In this document: positions 1 through 17,926 of the stretch, one piece after another
Layout: each line of letters starts with the position of its first letter
How positions within the stretch are numbered: position 1 is the stretch's first letter
NCBI RefSeq assembly: GCF_964204645.1
Contig: NC_134025.1
Span: 7,254,001 to 7,318,000 of the forward strand
DNA: 64,000 bases
Source of the DNA: Tubulanus polymorphus
Lineage: Eukaryota > Animalia > Nemertea
Direction of reading: 5' to 3'
The notes under the pieces: generated by a model
What the model was told of the DNA's origin: nothing
What the model saw: the letters and a program-made list of their open reading frames with translations, nothing else
Database searches by the model: none
Made by a program: the position numbers and the translations under genes

Positions 1-1346
1 GATCCCCATTTTCTTCGAGAACATATTTCAACTTAAAATACACCGACACGAATAACACATTCGTTTCGAGTGCAAACTAAAAAGCTTTTCCTACTAAATG
101 ATACTAAGATGTATGTTAATACTACTACACAAACACGTACAGAGAATTTTCCATTACATGTTTTGTTTTTTGCTTCTTACGCGCATCACGTTTATAAAGC
201 CGCATTTCTATTAACACTATAATATGTTATAATAACAACAATACTAACCATTCAAATATTACAGTTTTAAAAACAATTCCGAGGATATGACGCGACAAAA
301 GACAAACGTATCGGAAGAATTTATCAACGCCAAGAATATTAACATCTGCATTATCATCTCTTCTCTCAGTCACAGCATCGCAAACCATCCAAATATCCCG
401 ACGGTAAACTCAAACATTTTGAAAAATCAGCACATTCAGTCTTTCTTACATTTTTGTGAAGAGATTAGAATAAAATCACGCACGACTCGAGTTACACCAT
501 TTTACAAGGATATCTTGATATCAGTCATTTTATTTCTCCCATTTTAACATCACTCTTAACTACATGCACCCTACATACGTTTACATGCAAATCTTTTCAT
601 CGACAGGTCAAAATTCCCACTCATGAAAGTATTACAAAACAACGATTATTCCCAGCATGTCGATTCATGAGAATCAATCTTGAAGCAAGTGTAGCTAAAA
701 CAACTGAAAATATCATATTCTATGCATGATGAACACGCAGCATTTTTTAAAACCCAATCAACACCAAGACACCAAACTCGATATGACAAGTCAAGGTCTG
801 CATTCTGTTTTTTTTTTTTACATTTTAAAATCATTTATTAAAGTACTAAATAAAGAGAGAACATGTTGAACACAATATTGTTGTTGTAGTAGTGCGACAG
901 TATCGTATCATTAGTTTGAACAATAAATGACATTTCCTGAGAATATCAAGACAGAATTTTACAAAATGAATTACGAGTGTCGTTCTGTAATGAATCCGTA
1001 GGCTCCAATCACTGGATGCGTGTTTTGGTCAGAGATAAATACTTACCACACCACAGGAGCATTTAACTCACAGAGAATTTTCACACTGTATCAACAACTG
1101 AGTTTCCAGCATTGCTGCAATAGCCAACTGAAAATATCGTCGTATTCTACCCTACATATTTTGTATCAGCACCTGTTTAACCTGAAACAAAAAAATATCA
1201 ATATTTTTATGGAGGGAGTATAAGAGCTATGTACACTAAATATAGACATCTTCCTGCTTCCCACATATTTCGTATTCATACATTATTTCATAATAAACAT
1301 GATTACTTACATAAACAAAGTTAACAACCCTAGCATGGGACAATCT

Positions 1347-5990
<4,644 letters not shown>

Positions 5991-6260
5991 TTTGAAATAG
6001 TACAAATTTTGACAAACATGGCGGAAATTCACAAAATTACCCACAATGCTCGAAAACCTAACCATTTTTGTCAACTAGCAACCAATTAATCAACCAATTA
6101 ATATATTACTGCCAATTAACAAATTATTCAATTATCAAATCTATGATACGTTTTAATTTTACATTAATGTAAGAAAATTCAAATTAGAGGCACTAGGTGG
6201 CAGCACCTCCTGGTACCAAAACCCGGAAGTAAAAAGTATTATTTGGAGAGAACTGTCAAA
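5991..6260. promoter_or_regulatory. Bidirectional promoter, PAPOLA / seipin
   Basis: Divergent ATGs about 270 bp apart. Contains YY1-like AAACATGGCGG (~6013), CTCF-like CACTAGGTGGCAGCAC (6191-6206) and ETS-type CCGGAAGT (6223-6230). Confidence 0.7.
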
Positions 6261-8333
6261 ATGATTTTATCATGGATAAGTGCTGTGATAAATTGGCTGA
6301 AAGTTAGCACATCAGTATGGGTTTCCAAAATCAAACACACAGTTGTAAGAGTAGTCCTCTCCATTAGCATTTTAGCGCTTTTACTTTGGATATCTATATT
6401 TTTATATGGAACTTTTTACTATATTTATATGCCATCGATATCTCACATGAAACCAGTACATCTCCACTTTCGGTAAGAGCAGTTTCGGACGTTTCGTATA
6501 TATTCTTCGCGTATTTCTTGTTGCTTATTAGATATTGCAAGTTAGAATAATTTTAAGGGCCTATTGTCATTACTGTAGGCTATCACAGATTTTTTTTTTA
6601 CTAATTGCTTGCTTGCTCAGACTTGCACGCCATTATAATGATTTCATTAATTGTCACCCTACATAGGCCTATTGATGTTTTTTCCACAGTTCTGCATCTA
6701 CACAAGACGATAAATATGCATCTTTCCCTGAAGCTGATGTCTCACTTGTATCTATTGACAAAGATCAGGTATTGCAGATTGAAATTAGATATGCCTGTTA
6801 TTGTTCTTGATTGAGTAAGCTAAGTTTTTTATGCTGAAATGTCCTTAATTATACCTAATTCTAGTTGATGGTCAGAGGTCAGCCATATATAATATGCCTT
6901 CAATTAGACATGCCTGAATCACCTGTCAATCAAAAGTTAGGTGAGTATGAGAAATATAAATGGTAATTATGATTCTCATTAAATCTAGCCATTGACTCAA
7001 AAATGATCTTTTGCTATTCTTACAGGTATGTTTATGGTGGCGTTACAGTTTTACAGTCGCAAAGATGAACCTTTACAATATTCTCAACGTTCGGTACGTA
7101 TGGATTTATGATTCCCACAAAAATTAAAACATATGTCCCTAAAGATATGTTTCAAGGTTCTCTCATTTTCTCCTTTTTTTCACAGGTTCTCCTTCGGTAT
7201 AAGTCTACTATGCTACAAACTATGGAAACATTAGTTTATTCACCAATGTTACTAACTGGAGCTCGTGAACAGAAACAGACATTGATTGTTGAGTTCTTTA
7301 ACCGGTATCTGGAAGATGCTGTGAGTATTCACTATTTTACCAAAACTGCCATGTTGTCGATTGATTGGGAAGGCTGAACTCATTATACTCCTCCTTGTAT
7401 AACAACTGCAACCATTTTCAGTATCATCCAGCAACAAAGGCTAAGATCATCATTGAATCACAGAAAGTGCAAATATATTCAGCTTCTCTAAAAATCTATG
7501 CTCATTTTACAGGTCTCAGGTAGATATGAATTTAGAATCCAAACTTTTAATAGTCCTTCAACAAGGAAAAAGCAATCAACAATAAATTGATTTTGAAAAT
7601 TACTGACATAATTCACAATCATACATGTATTTCCTGCTCTGCATTTTCTGATCATTAATATATGTGCATGTATATGTTAAGATTTCTAACATTTAATGAT
7701 CATTATTTCTTATTGGCAGATTCATCATGTTTAATTGGCCAATCCTGTCAGCTATTGGTGGTGTTGGAACAAACCTACTGTTCCTAATTGCGGTTGTAAT
7801 GTTGTCTTGGTATCGATTCTTGTGGGTACGACAAATTGATAGACCAGTTGTTGTTCACGTTCAATCAAAACATGGGCGATCATTGGATGAACGGAGAAAG
7901 AGCTTGCGAGCCGTTCTTAAAAAAGAAAGAACTGAAGGTAAACTTAAAGATGAATATACTTTTTCAAACATTTTCTTGATCAAGATCTTTGTAAATCAGT
8001 CCAGGTTATTTTGTACTTGTTGGTCAATCTTATTGTAATCTATAAATCTGATAGCGTATTCTAATATTTTTAGTGCGTACAATATCAAGTAGTCAGTCAT
8101 GTCCTGTGCTTGAACCAGAGACTGTTCCTGACGATTTTGAAGTTATAGATAAGAAACTAGAAAGACATGATTCGGAGGATAAAACTCTATTCATTCTCGG
8201 TGAAGAAGATGATGAAGGGCCTGAGAATGACACGGAAAATGTATTGCCAGAAACTTCTAACCAAGAAATGCAATTACGACGTCGTTTTGATAAAAAAATT
8301 ACGGACGAAATTAAAAAAGCTGAATTATCTTGA
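6261..8333 (+). CDS. BSCL2: Seipin (lipid droplet biogenesis), about 8 exons
   Basis: TM1 [19 protein letters not shown]; [26 protein letters not shown]; [24 protein letters not shown]; [28 protein letters not shown] followed by TM2; acidic tail ending at TGA 8331-8333. Confidence 0.95.
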
Positions 8334-9166
8334 CTAACATTCCGTTAGTCCATTCCAGAACTGACGACATCTCTATCAGATCGATAAACCTCATTTTAAT
8401 TTCGTTTGATGGAAATGTTTTACTTGATTTCAGTGATTTGTTGTCTAATTCAAGCATTATCAGTCAGGTACTTAAATTTAAGCTGAAATATAATCATAGA
8501 GTCAGCATTTACTACTTAAAATGCTGTACATAATTTTAGTTAAAGGCTGGAGGGTTGCTTCACGATAGTTGTATCAAGAGAATGGCTATTGAAGAGGGAG
8601 GGAAATATCAGCTATTGGTTTTTGAAAGGTTTGTTGTGACTAGCGCATGTTTAATGTTTCCTAGTTTTGGGAAAGGAATACAAAGCATGCACGAATTAAT
8701 GGTCACGTAGTTAAAACAATTATAGATTTAACACTCCAACCCTCTGTCTCATTATTTGAAAAAAAGTTTTGTTATATGTTACAAAAAAAGAATGAATTTA
8801 TAAAAAAAAACCTCAAAACTGAGTTACATCAATGAAATGAATTTATTTCATGTTGAGGCTTCTCCATATAAGAGTGGCTGTGATACAAGGTTATAGTGTA
8901 AAATTCTTTATTCATGATTGATGTGTTGTTTTTCTGATGATAATTGTCCTTTTATGGAGTCTATTCTGTCAAAACTGTGATCCTCATTGTTACGGTTTGT
9001 AAATCAAGCCTATCTTTAGAATGAATAAGTCAATGCGTCTTGCTATCTTCTTAGCTATAAGGCTTACATGTTAATTTCTACATTTCTAATTACACAAATT
9101 GAAATATGTATTGATTTCTTGTATAACGCACATAATATTTGACTGGTGCTATTATAATTTTCCATA

Positions 9167-9617
9167 GGGAGCGTCCAAAAATTACGTACCTCTTAATTGG
9201 GGGAGGGGGGTTACTGTTTGGTACATGGGGGAGGGGGGTCAGCAAAAAGGTACATACTTTGAGGGAGGGGGTATTAATCAATCTTGGTACATACTTTATG
9301 CACCAAACTCGAATGAAAATAGCCGATGATGTTTTATCGGCTTTTTGTAACTTGTTCAAGTGACTTGTAGTAGAGTTCAACTGGGAATTCCCGATACCAG
9401 GTACCGGTATCGACCTTACACGCACTTGTTGGAATCAGGTATTTATATTCTTTATATTTTGTTTTGATTTGTGTTCTTTGCATCAATATAATTGGGGGGG
9501 GGGGTCATGGGTACCATGGTACGCACCTATGAGGGGGGTCAGTGAATTTGGTACAAAGGTGGTACAAGGATCAGAAAAACGGGAGATTTTGAGGTACGTT
9601 ATTTCTGGACGCTCCCC
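9167..9617. mobile_element. MITE (~450 bp) with ~26-bp TIRs
   Basis: Left GGGAGCGTCCAAAAATTACGTACCTC; right end reverse complement GGGAGCGTCCAGAAATAACGTACCTC. Internal G-tracts and GGTAC repeats, no ORF. Confidence 0.85.
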
Positions 9618-10203
9618 TAGGGGCTTTCTTTTAAGTGACATTAAGGCATACAGTAAAACCGTTTAGAGTCCATGGTTAAACCCAATTCATCTGACACAGA
9701 TGAACTAACACGTTCCTGTAAAAATACGTTGAATCTTCATTCATCCGGTGATCAATAGAAAAACAAATGTTTTAACTTGAATTAAATATTATATAATAAA
9801 TGATTTCATACGCATTGTATTAATATGTATAAACAAATAAATGCTTAATAATATTCTATTTTTTGTCTTGCTTTTATTGTCATTGTCTCTGCATGACTGG
9901 TTCTCATCCATAAATAATCCAAGATGTACCCTCAAAAAAGACAATGGATGGAGTTGACTATTAACATGAGTTTTATTATTCCTTATTTTCCACTTTTTGT
10001 ACATGATTTGAAAACAAGCACATGCAAATCTCATAACAAATGACAAAAAGACTAGTAACGACACACTCGAGTACTAAAAGTCTTAATATTCAAGCTCGAT
10101 CAAATACAACACTCAATGCCAAGATGTGAGATTCGAATTCTGCCCAAAAACTAATCCTGGTTCATTCAACTGAGACTAATTCCATATGTCTCCAATTAAG
10201 GCA

Positions 10204-11517
10204 TCATACAGATTTTCTTTTACCAGTCTGTTTCCAGCCAATACGCACAGTTGCTATCAATAGTCCAGCTAGATAACCAATCACAGTACCAGCAACACAA
10301 GTAATCGGCCATGTCTATAATTGAAAATAAGAAAAGCGGTAAAAAGGCAGCAACTTATTGACAGCCGGACACTTGATTTTAGGATATTCACCTGCCATGG
10401 TCGATCCCAGTCTAAAGGTATTGGAAACGCTCCAATCCATGCTCCAAGTAAACTGGAAAATGTTGTAATGAGGATATTGGTCTCAAGGAAATTCTCTGGC
10501 CTGAAATTATACGAAGAATGAATGATGTATTTTTTCCACAGGAAATGGTCTTTATATCGAGGATGTAATTTTTACTTTAGTTCAAGATAGAGTCTTCGCC
10601 ATTCCGATAAAGATGCTCCAAGCACGCAGCAAGATGGAAGTACTGTAGTTGCTGATAAGAGTATTGAGAAATAGTATGTCTCTTCCATTTGTCTGAAAAG
10701 CAAGCATTTTTAGCATACATGACTGCTGATCCGGTCTTGTAGATGAATAGTCTAGTACCTAGCCATCGTTCGTTGTAGAGAACCCTTAACAACGACTGGT
10801 ATTCAGACTAATTAGTAGCTGAACTTTGTACAATTATAATACTATTACATCATGTGAATAATCCTTACAATTTTCAAGTACTTTTGAAAACACAAAATAT
10901 ATATGGTTTTAACCAGTATGAAGACTTACTCAAAGACAGGAGCTCCAAATAGTATTGCAATAGCATGATATATAATTGTTCCCATAAAGGTTATCAACCC
11001 ACATTTCAGGACATTCTGAACCTGAAAATAAAATAAGCAAACATACATTAATCTATGTATCCATAGCCCATGTCTTATCATGTTATCTTAGATATTTACT
11101 ACAACAGCAATAATAATGATCATGTATTAATTGGCGCATCCTTGGGAAAGAAAGATTGAGAACACAGATAGCAGTAATCATTCCAGGAACATACCCAGAG
11201 CACCAATACCAAGATAATATATTCACTTCTAAGCGGGTGATTGCCAGTACCTCAATACTCTTCTTGCGAAAGCTTTCAATTGTAGGCGCTACTTGTAGCG
11301 TTGAGACAATGTTCAACAAGCCAATAACCAGCATAAAAACCTTGATGGCGGCCAAAGGATGTTTGACAATGTGGAACAATTCAACCGTAGAATTGGCTAC
11401 GGCGAACAGTACCGATAGCCATACAATTTGGGTCAAATTAAACCATAGAAGGATAGAAATTCCCTGTTTAGAAAGAGAATAATAACCCAGAGTTTTATTT
11501 CCCCTGGGCGCTGACAT
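10204..11517 (-). CDS. PIGF: GPI-anchor biosynthesis protein class F (PIG-F/Gpi11), 5 exons
   Basis: Spliced: AILFGAPVFE|QMEETYYFSILLS...|LLGAWIGAFPIPLDWDRPWQ|TWPITCVAG (PIG-F signature); stop at 10204-10206. Confidence 0.93.
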
Positions 11518-11715
11518 CTTGGATTTAAGATTACTTACTACCTAGACTGGTTACCGGTCTCTATCTTCAATTCCCATATTGAATTGGACAGGCAACCAGT
11601 CTAGAAATAAAATGGCCAGATTTGTTACCGACTGGTGCTGCCACCACACTTAGACTGATCAGCTGTGGTTGTGATGTACATAAAATCATAACTTTTGTCT
11701 TACTGCCTCAGTGCG
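11518..11715. promoter_or_regulatory. Bidirectional promoter, PIGF / SLC35F6
   Basis: Divergent ATGs about 200 bp apart. Contains a hairpin (11542-11604), YY1-like AAAATGGCC and GGTGCTGCCACC (11634-11645). Confidence 0.65.
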
Positions 11716-14364
11716 ATGGCTTTGTCATGTTACCAAGTGTTACTGGCAGTTGGAATGCTTGTCACTGGAAGCATTAACACAATAAGTAAAAAAGCACAGA
11801 ACGATGTTAAGTAAGAATATGGCGCCAATGGGAATAGTAAAACAAAATAGGGATCACCCCGACACCCGTCCTACTTAAACATACTATATACACCCCTATC
11901 CCTATATGCCCTACTACAACAGTCTAATAATCGCATTCCTGATTCTCATTTTGCTCGTATTACATCGCAGCATTCTGATCATTATCTTCTTTGTAAAAAA
12001 AAACTGTATTCCACCAGTAGATTATGACTTCGCAAGCAGAGAGCGATGTAAATTGCAGCCGAGTTGGCACATCGTTCGACACCTGTTATTTTTATTTCAG
12101 TGTGGCCGGGTATTATAATGCTTCCGCCAACAACACGGCCACTCCGCATGATTTTCATCATCCCTGGTTTCAGACCATCATAATGTTCATGGGAGAATTT
12201 CTGTGTCTCATCGGTTTCGCTTATCACAGAAAAAAACAGCGAGATGAATGGCAGAAAGAGGTCAGTGTCTACACCTACCGGTCACCGAGTCACATGATAG
12301 AAAAAAGACACAATTTTCTTGAATAAACAAAGTTTAACAATATGTGTAGGCATGGAAACAAATTGTTAAACATTGCCGGAAATCATGGAGTCTCTTTTCT
12401 TTATTCAACCCCTTTCAATAAAGACGTTTTTGCAATCTTTCAATTCAGTGTAGAATGGATTAAAAAGACGATGTTACTAGTAACCCATCGACAGATTAGT
12501 TCACCTCCATTGTTTGCAATGTACAGGATCAAGTATTTTGTATTTTAGCTGCAAGAAAGATTTGAAAATGGAGAAGACATCCCAGATCCACCAGATCAAG
12601 GAAGGTACTTTATGCTGGCCAGAACCCCCACACAAAAATCATATTTTCTTAAAGATTATTTGATTTCATGTTTTATTTTTAGGGTTTGCCAGCTGATTTT
12701 AGCCATTCCTACAATTTGTGACCTGATAGGAACTTCAGTTGCTGGTACTTTGGAACCAAAATAGAGAACAATGATGAGCATCAACTTGAGCAGCAATTTA
12801 TTTTATCATTCTTTACAGGGATTGGCTTGATTTATGTAAATGGATCAGTGTGGCAAATGTTGAGAGGGTCTATGATTGTTTTTGCTGGCATCTTTTCCGT
12901 GAGTTTTAAAATGCTAGTTTTTAATCCAAGGAAAAGGTCTTTTGTATATTTGCTTGTTCTTTAGCTTATGCTGCATATTAATCCGCAAATGCTTATTCTT
13001 TGAAGAGAATCTTTTTAAAACGCAAACTGAAATTCATCCACTGGTCCGGTATTTTTATTGTCTGCTGTGGATTGGTGTTGGTTGGAATTTCAAGTGTTTT
13101 GGAGGAAAAGATTTCAGATGATGCCAAAAATGCTATTATAGGTAAGCATTTAGAAATGGAACATTTGCTCTATGATATTATGATTCTAAGTAATTCTCAT
13201 TATTTTAGGAATCGTTTTGATAGTCTGTAGCCAAATTGTAAGTGCTGGACAAATGATCATCGAAGAGATGTTTTTAAAGAAAAAAAATTTTCACCCTTTA
13301 CAAGTAAGTTTTAGAAATTGATCTGTGACAGCTTAGAAAGATTCGGGATATTAAACTATATGTTTTTTGCCCAGGTTGTTGGAATGGAAGGAACATATGG
13401 ATTTCTAATTATGGCATTTGTAAGTATGCAGTGCAAAGCACTGTTTGAAGGACCAGAATAGTGTATTAGAAGATCTTAATATTTTCCTTTATGAATTTAT
13501 TATTGGTTACTTTTAGGCTGTGCTTCCGGCCATGTACTTCATACCAGGTTCCCAGTTGAATAATTGTTATGAAAACAGTATTGATGCTCTGTATCAGATC
13601 AAAAACAGTCCTTCTTTATTGATATTCTGTATACTGTATCTGCTATCTATAGCATTCTACAACTACTTTGGTCTTGCAGTTACAAAGTCGCTCACAGGTA
13701 TGACTTTTCTATGGACATACAGTTCGACAGTTAGTTCTCAAGTTCTCAAAATTGGTTAATATTCAATGATCTAACTCCAGAATCGAATCTAAACCTAGAA
13801 CTGGCTGTCCCTGGTGGTGCCATTTAAAATGCAGTTCAATATTTGTGATCGATTTCTCTTGCAGCCGTTCACAGGACGTTGATTGATGCATGTAGAACAA
13901 TTTTGGTGTGGATAGTTGATCTAGTGATCTACTATGCATTCGATAAGGTTGGTCTTTTATCGAATTCATTTTATTACCATAGAGTAAAACTAAATGTTCT
14001 CTTATTTGATATTGCTTCATAATTTCATTTTTAGAATTTTGGGGAAGAATTCAACATTACTTATGGTTTATTACAAAGTATGTATCTTTATTTTAATTTA
14101 CATCTTGATTATTAAATTAATTTTGACTTAGCACAAATTGTTATTTTTGCAGTTGATGGATTCTTTTTCCTGATGATCGGTACTGCGTTGTACAATGAAC
14201 TGATCGATTTAAGTTGGTTGCCGTGTTTCCGTCAGTCGGGTCAACAAATGGATACAGTTCATACTGATAGACAAAATATACAGGACAACGATATTGATGA
14301 CAATGATGACATCGATGAACGCACCAAACTTCTACGGGATACGGACAGCGCTGTAAATAGTTAA
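11716..14364 (+). CDS. SLC35F6: Solute carrier family 35 member F6-like transporter
   Basis: MALSCYQVLLAVGMLVTGSINTISKK; FHHPWFQTIIMFMGEFLCL; IPTICDLIGT; SVWQMLRG; LQVVGMEG; SIAFYNYFGLAVTKSLTAVHRTLIDACRT; C-terminal acidic dileucine DERTKLL. Confidence 0.92.
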
Positions 14365-14996
14365 TGGACTTGTGATTGATTTCATTTTTTATAGTGATTA
14401 ACAAATAATGATATACATAATTTTTATAATCGCATATATTCTAAAGCAAATGAAAAAGTAACATTACCTAAAAAGCTTTGTGCAATCTTTTTAAATTGAT
14501 TTTTTTATAATACCTTTTCAGATAAATAAAGATATATTTTTATGATTCCTAAATTGTAAATTGTAATGATGGTTGATTTGGCAATTTTTATTTTGAATTC
14601 GTAGACGGACCTCTCAAACATGCTGAAAATCACATCGAACAAAAAACGCATGCAAAGAAATTAGTTTAAGAATTCTCCGATTTATTTCTTTGTGTAAATT
14701 AGAAATGTTTCAGTCTTGCAAAAATGTGAGTATATTACTGTGTCTAGGATCTGCATACAATTGTTTTCTAACAATTTTGGAGGATTATTTTGTACAGCCA
14801 TGTGGAGCAGGATTACAACAATCAATTGAAAAGAAATTCAATTCATTGGAATATGAAGTTCAGCATAATATACAAAAACTTAATAATGATAATTTATTTA
14901 CAATATGTACATGTATTTCTATACTATAACAGATTGAGGCTTTTACAAAAATTTCTTAGAATAATTTCCGTAAAGAAAGTATTTGAATTGATATCA

Positions 14997-17361
14997 TTAG
15001 GTTGTATTTCTTAGGGCCATTTCTTCATTGACTAGTTTTTCCAAGACTACGTTTGAGGTCAGTATCGGGGATACGCTGATCGCTCCGTATGCCGAAGTAC
15101 TCGAGTATTTTGATCTAGCAGCCTGTAGATTGAGAATATTTAAAGATTACGTATCAATCACAATCGCCCAATCCGATTGTGATATACGGACTAAAAGATT
15201 TTGTTTTTTCAAATCGATGATTTTTGCGGATTTCCAGGAGCCGGATCCGTACTTCAAGTTATTGAACAAGCCCGAGGTTAGAACTTACCGTATAACTACT
15301 TCTATGAATTTCTTCCAGCAATACGGCTAATTTTCGTATGCAAGGATAGATGTCTCTTTCGCTGTACATGCTGTAGAATGCTAGGGTCGGTGTCCAAACA
15401 CCTCGGGTAGTTTGTCGTAGAACTGACATACTCAAATACAATGCTGATGCTGCGATTTCTGATTTTGGAAATGGAATACATTGGGCGTCCGTCACACTCA
15501 AATCGATGATAAATAATGCAAGGTCCTGCACCTGAAATAATTGAACCTTCATTGTATTTTGGCGAGAATCCCAAGATACATTTATATGATATTTATGTTA
15601 TCGCTAGCTAATAGCTGGAACTTTGTTACAATAGATAGAAACCCTTAAAAACGATATCAATGATTATATATATATGAAATTGATGAAAACTGATAAAGAA
15701 AAACAAATTTTGTGTTCACCTTTTTATCGGAGGTTCTTGCCGCCAAAAGGTACCGGTTTAGGAAAAGATACGGCCCAGGGATGCTGAGGTCGAACTTGAG
15801 GTGGTGCAAAAGGACCAGCTCCATCTGTATCACGTGGTCATATGTATATGTGTTATCGGTTAAATGCACCAAATTATCGACCTTAGCAAATTATGTAAGA
15901 TAAATAAAAACGTTTATGAATTCATTAATCAAGTGAGAACAAGTGATTGCAATTCTTTTCAAAATCATTCATAAAATTCCGAATTCATTTAAAAAGCATT
16001 ACCTCTGGGGCAAACCTTTCGTTGTATTTGGCTGCGACGAATAAACTCGTGATTCCTAGAAGTTGAAATCGACTCAGTGAAATATCGGCGACTGTCAGAA
16101 ATCTGTCGATTATTGATACGGCCATGTGTAACGTATCTCCCAGTAGATTCAGGTGCATCTTTTTGAGAAAAAAATGATCATACACTCACGTTAAGTATCT
16201 CATTGATGGATTAGTGAGTGGTGATTATTGGACATAAATTGGAAGCTCTTTGATGACCAACCTGAACCTGGATTAACCAATCCATCAGGATAGTTCTCAT
16301 TTTAGGAGTAATATCACCACTGGTGTCCAGGTAATCTGGTGACATCGTATGCATTTCCTCTCTACTCTGTAAAATATTCACTTTTACTTGACAAAAAAAA
16401 ACAAGGAACTTGATTTTAGTTATTTTCAAGTGTGTCTCAAACCTTCAGATAAAGAATTATATCCTGGTAGTATTCTTGACACATAAATGGATCGGTGATT
16501 TGTGAATCTATATCTTCTATATCAGATTGCCTTCGTAGCATCGTCTGTATTCCAACGCCAATACCACTTATATCTATCGGTTCATCTACAGAAAGTGAAA
16601 TAGGAGCAACCTGTCAGGAAAATCATCCATTTATTGGCTATTCAATCTTCAGATCTTGCCTTACCCATTAGAACCATGGTTCTAGGGGCCTGGACATCGA
16701 ATCCGGCTCGACGCGCTTTTTTGGCTTGCATGATAGCCTCTGTATCTGATACCAGTAAAGTGTAATCATTTAAAGATGCCCGCCTGTTCGTTTTTGAAGG
16801 CACCTTTTGATGAAGTAACGGCCGTTCATGATGATACGGCGCCGTCACTGCTGGTAGAATCATAACTTCATCATCGTCGTCGTCATCATTTTCTGAATAA
16901 ATAGATTTATTACGAAAATTCGGCAGGCTGATAGAATTTCTAATTGGACGGATATATGTCTTTACCTGACGGTAGTTCAGCATAGTCGGTGCTTGAATCG
17001 TCTCTCATTTCAGTGTCCCGTAGCCTAATATCGTTAATAACTGCCCGACTCCTCTCTCGGGCTTTGTACGGTTCCGCTGGTGGCGGTCTCGGCTCTTGAT
17101 TTTGGATCCCTTTCAATGGCTGTCTCTGGAGAAAAGAAAAGAATGATACAGCGGAAAGTAGTGTTTAAATCAGACACCTGCTGTTCAAGGGTTCTTGGGC
17201 GTTATATCTCTACTCACTATTTTTGCTGAAAACGCTGGATTTGATGTCCTAAATGCTTTTTGTGCGGCCATCTTTTCCCGAGAAATTTTCACAGAATCAG
17301 GAGCATATTTTTTTCCCTTCCCTATTACCCGTTGCTTGAAGTAACCTAACCTGCTTGACAT
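14997..17361 (-). CDS. B-type (mitotic) cyclin, divergent
   Basis: Destruction box RQPLKGIQN (~17099-17125); DPFMCQEYYQDIILYL; cyclin box ITPKMRTILMDWLIQVQ, LHMAVSIIDRFL, FQLLGITSLFVAAKYNERFAPE; last exon AARSKYSS...RNTT*. B versus B3 not resolved. Confidence 0.88.
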
Positions 17362-17850
17362 TTTGGTGCTGTGATAGAAAAAAAGCATTATTTAGGAGTG
17401 GAAACTGATGAGCGAGTCAGCTGAATATTGAATTATCTGAAAATGATCATTAAAGGCAGACCGTTTTGTGTAAACTGATGTGAGGTTGTAAGACACTTCC
17501 ATTCTTAGAATGCAATAAGAATTTAGCAAGTGAAGAGAGATTACTTGTAAGCATATTTACCAAGATAATAAATGCAATAGATACATTCATTTAGCCATAT
17601 TGATAATACCGATTTACATGGAAAAAGATACATCACAATGTGAATTACATACATTCTATTTATTTTGAGTTTAAAGCTGCACATTCTCTCTATATATCTA
17701 TATAACGATAGTGAATTACAACCTTTAAAAGTAAAGGATATACGTGAATTCTAACTCTACATTACCCCTGCGTATACACTCCGAAATATAGGAAATGAAA
17801 TGTCACTTTACCCAATATCGTATACAAATCACATGACCTGGGAGCGATGG

Positions 17851-17926
17851 AGCGCGAAGCTTTTGATAGGGATATTCGAGTCAATCCCGGCAGATTCCAG
17901 GTTCAAAATATCATAACTTCGCGCGC
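17851..17926 (-). promoter_or_regulatory. Cell-cycle promoter motifs upstream of the cyclin (CHR TTTGAA plus E2F/CDE-like GCGCGAA)
   Basis: Minus strand GCGCGCGAAG...TTTTGAAC at 17926-17901, next to a likely non-coding first exon with a donor at ~17810. Spacing is not the canonical 4 nt. Confidence 0.45.

Noticed and set aside
17370-17741. Minus-strand ATATCCTTT at 17741 as a second U12 donor in the cyclin leader
   Set aside because: No convincing branch site, and a normal GT donor (~17810) with an AG acceptor (~17370) explains the intron.
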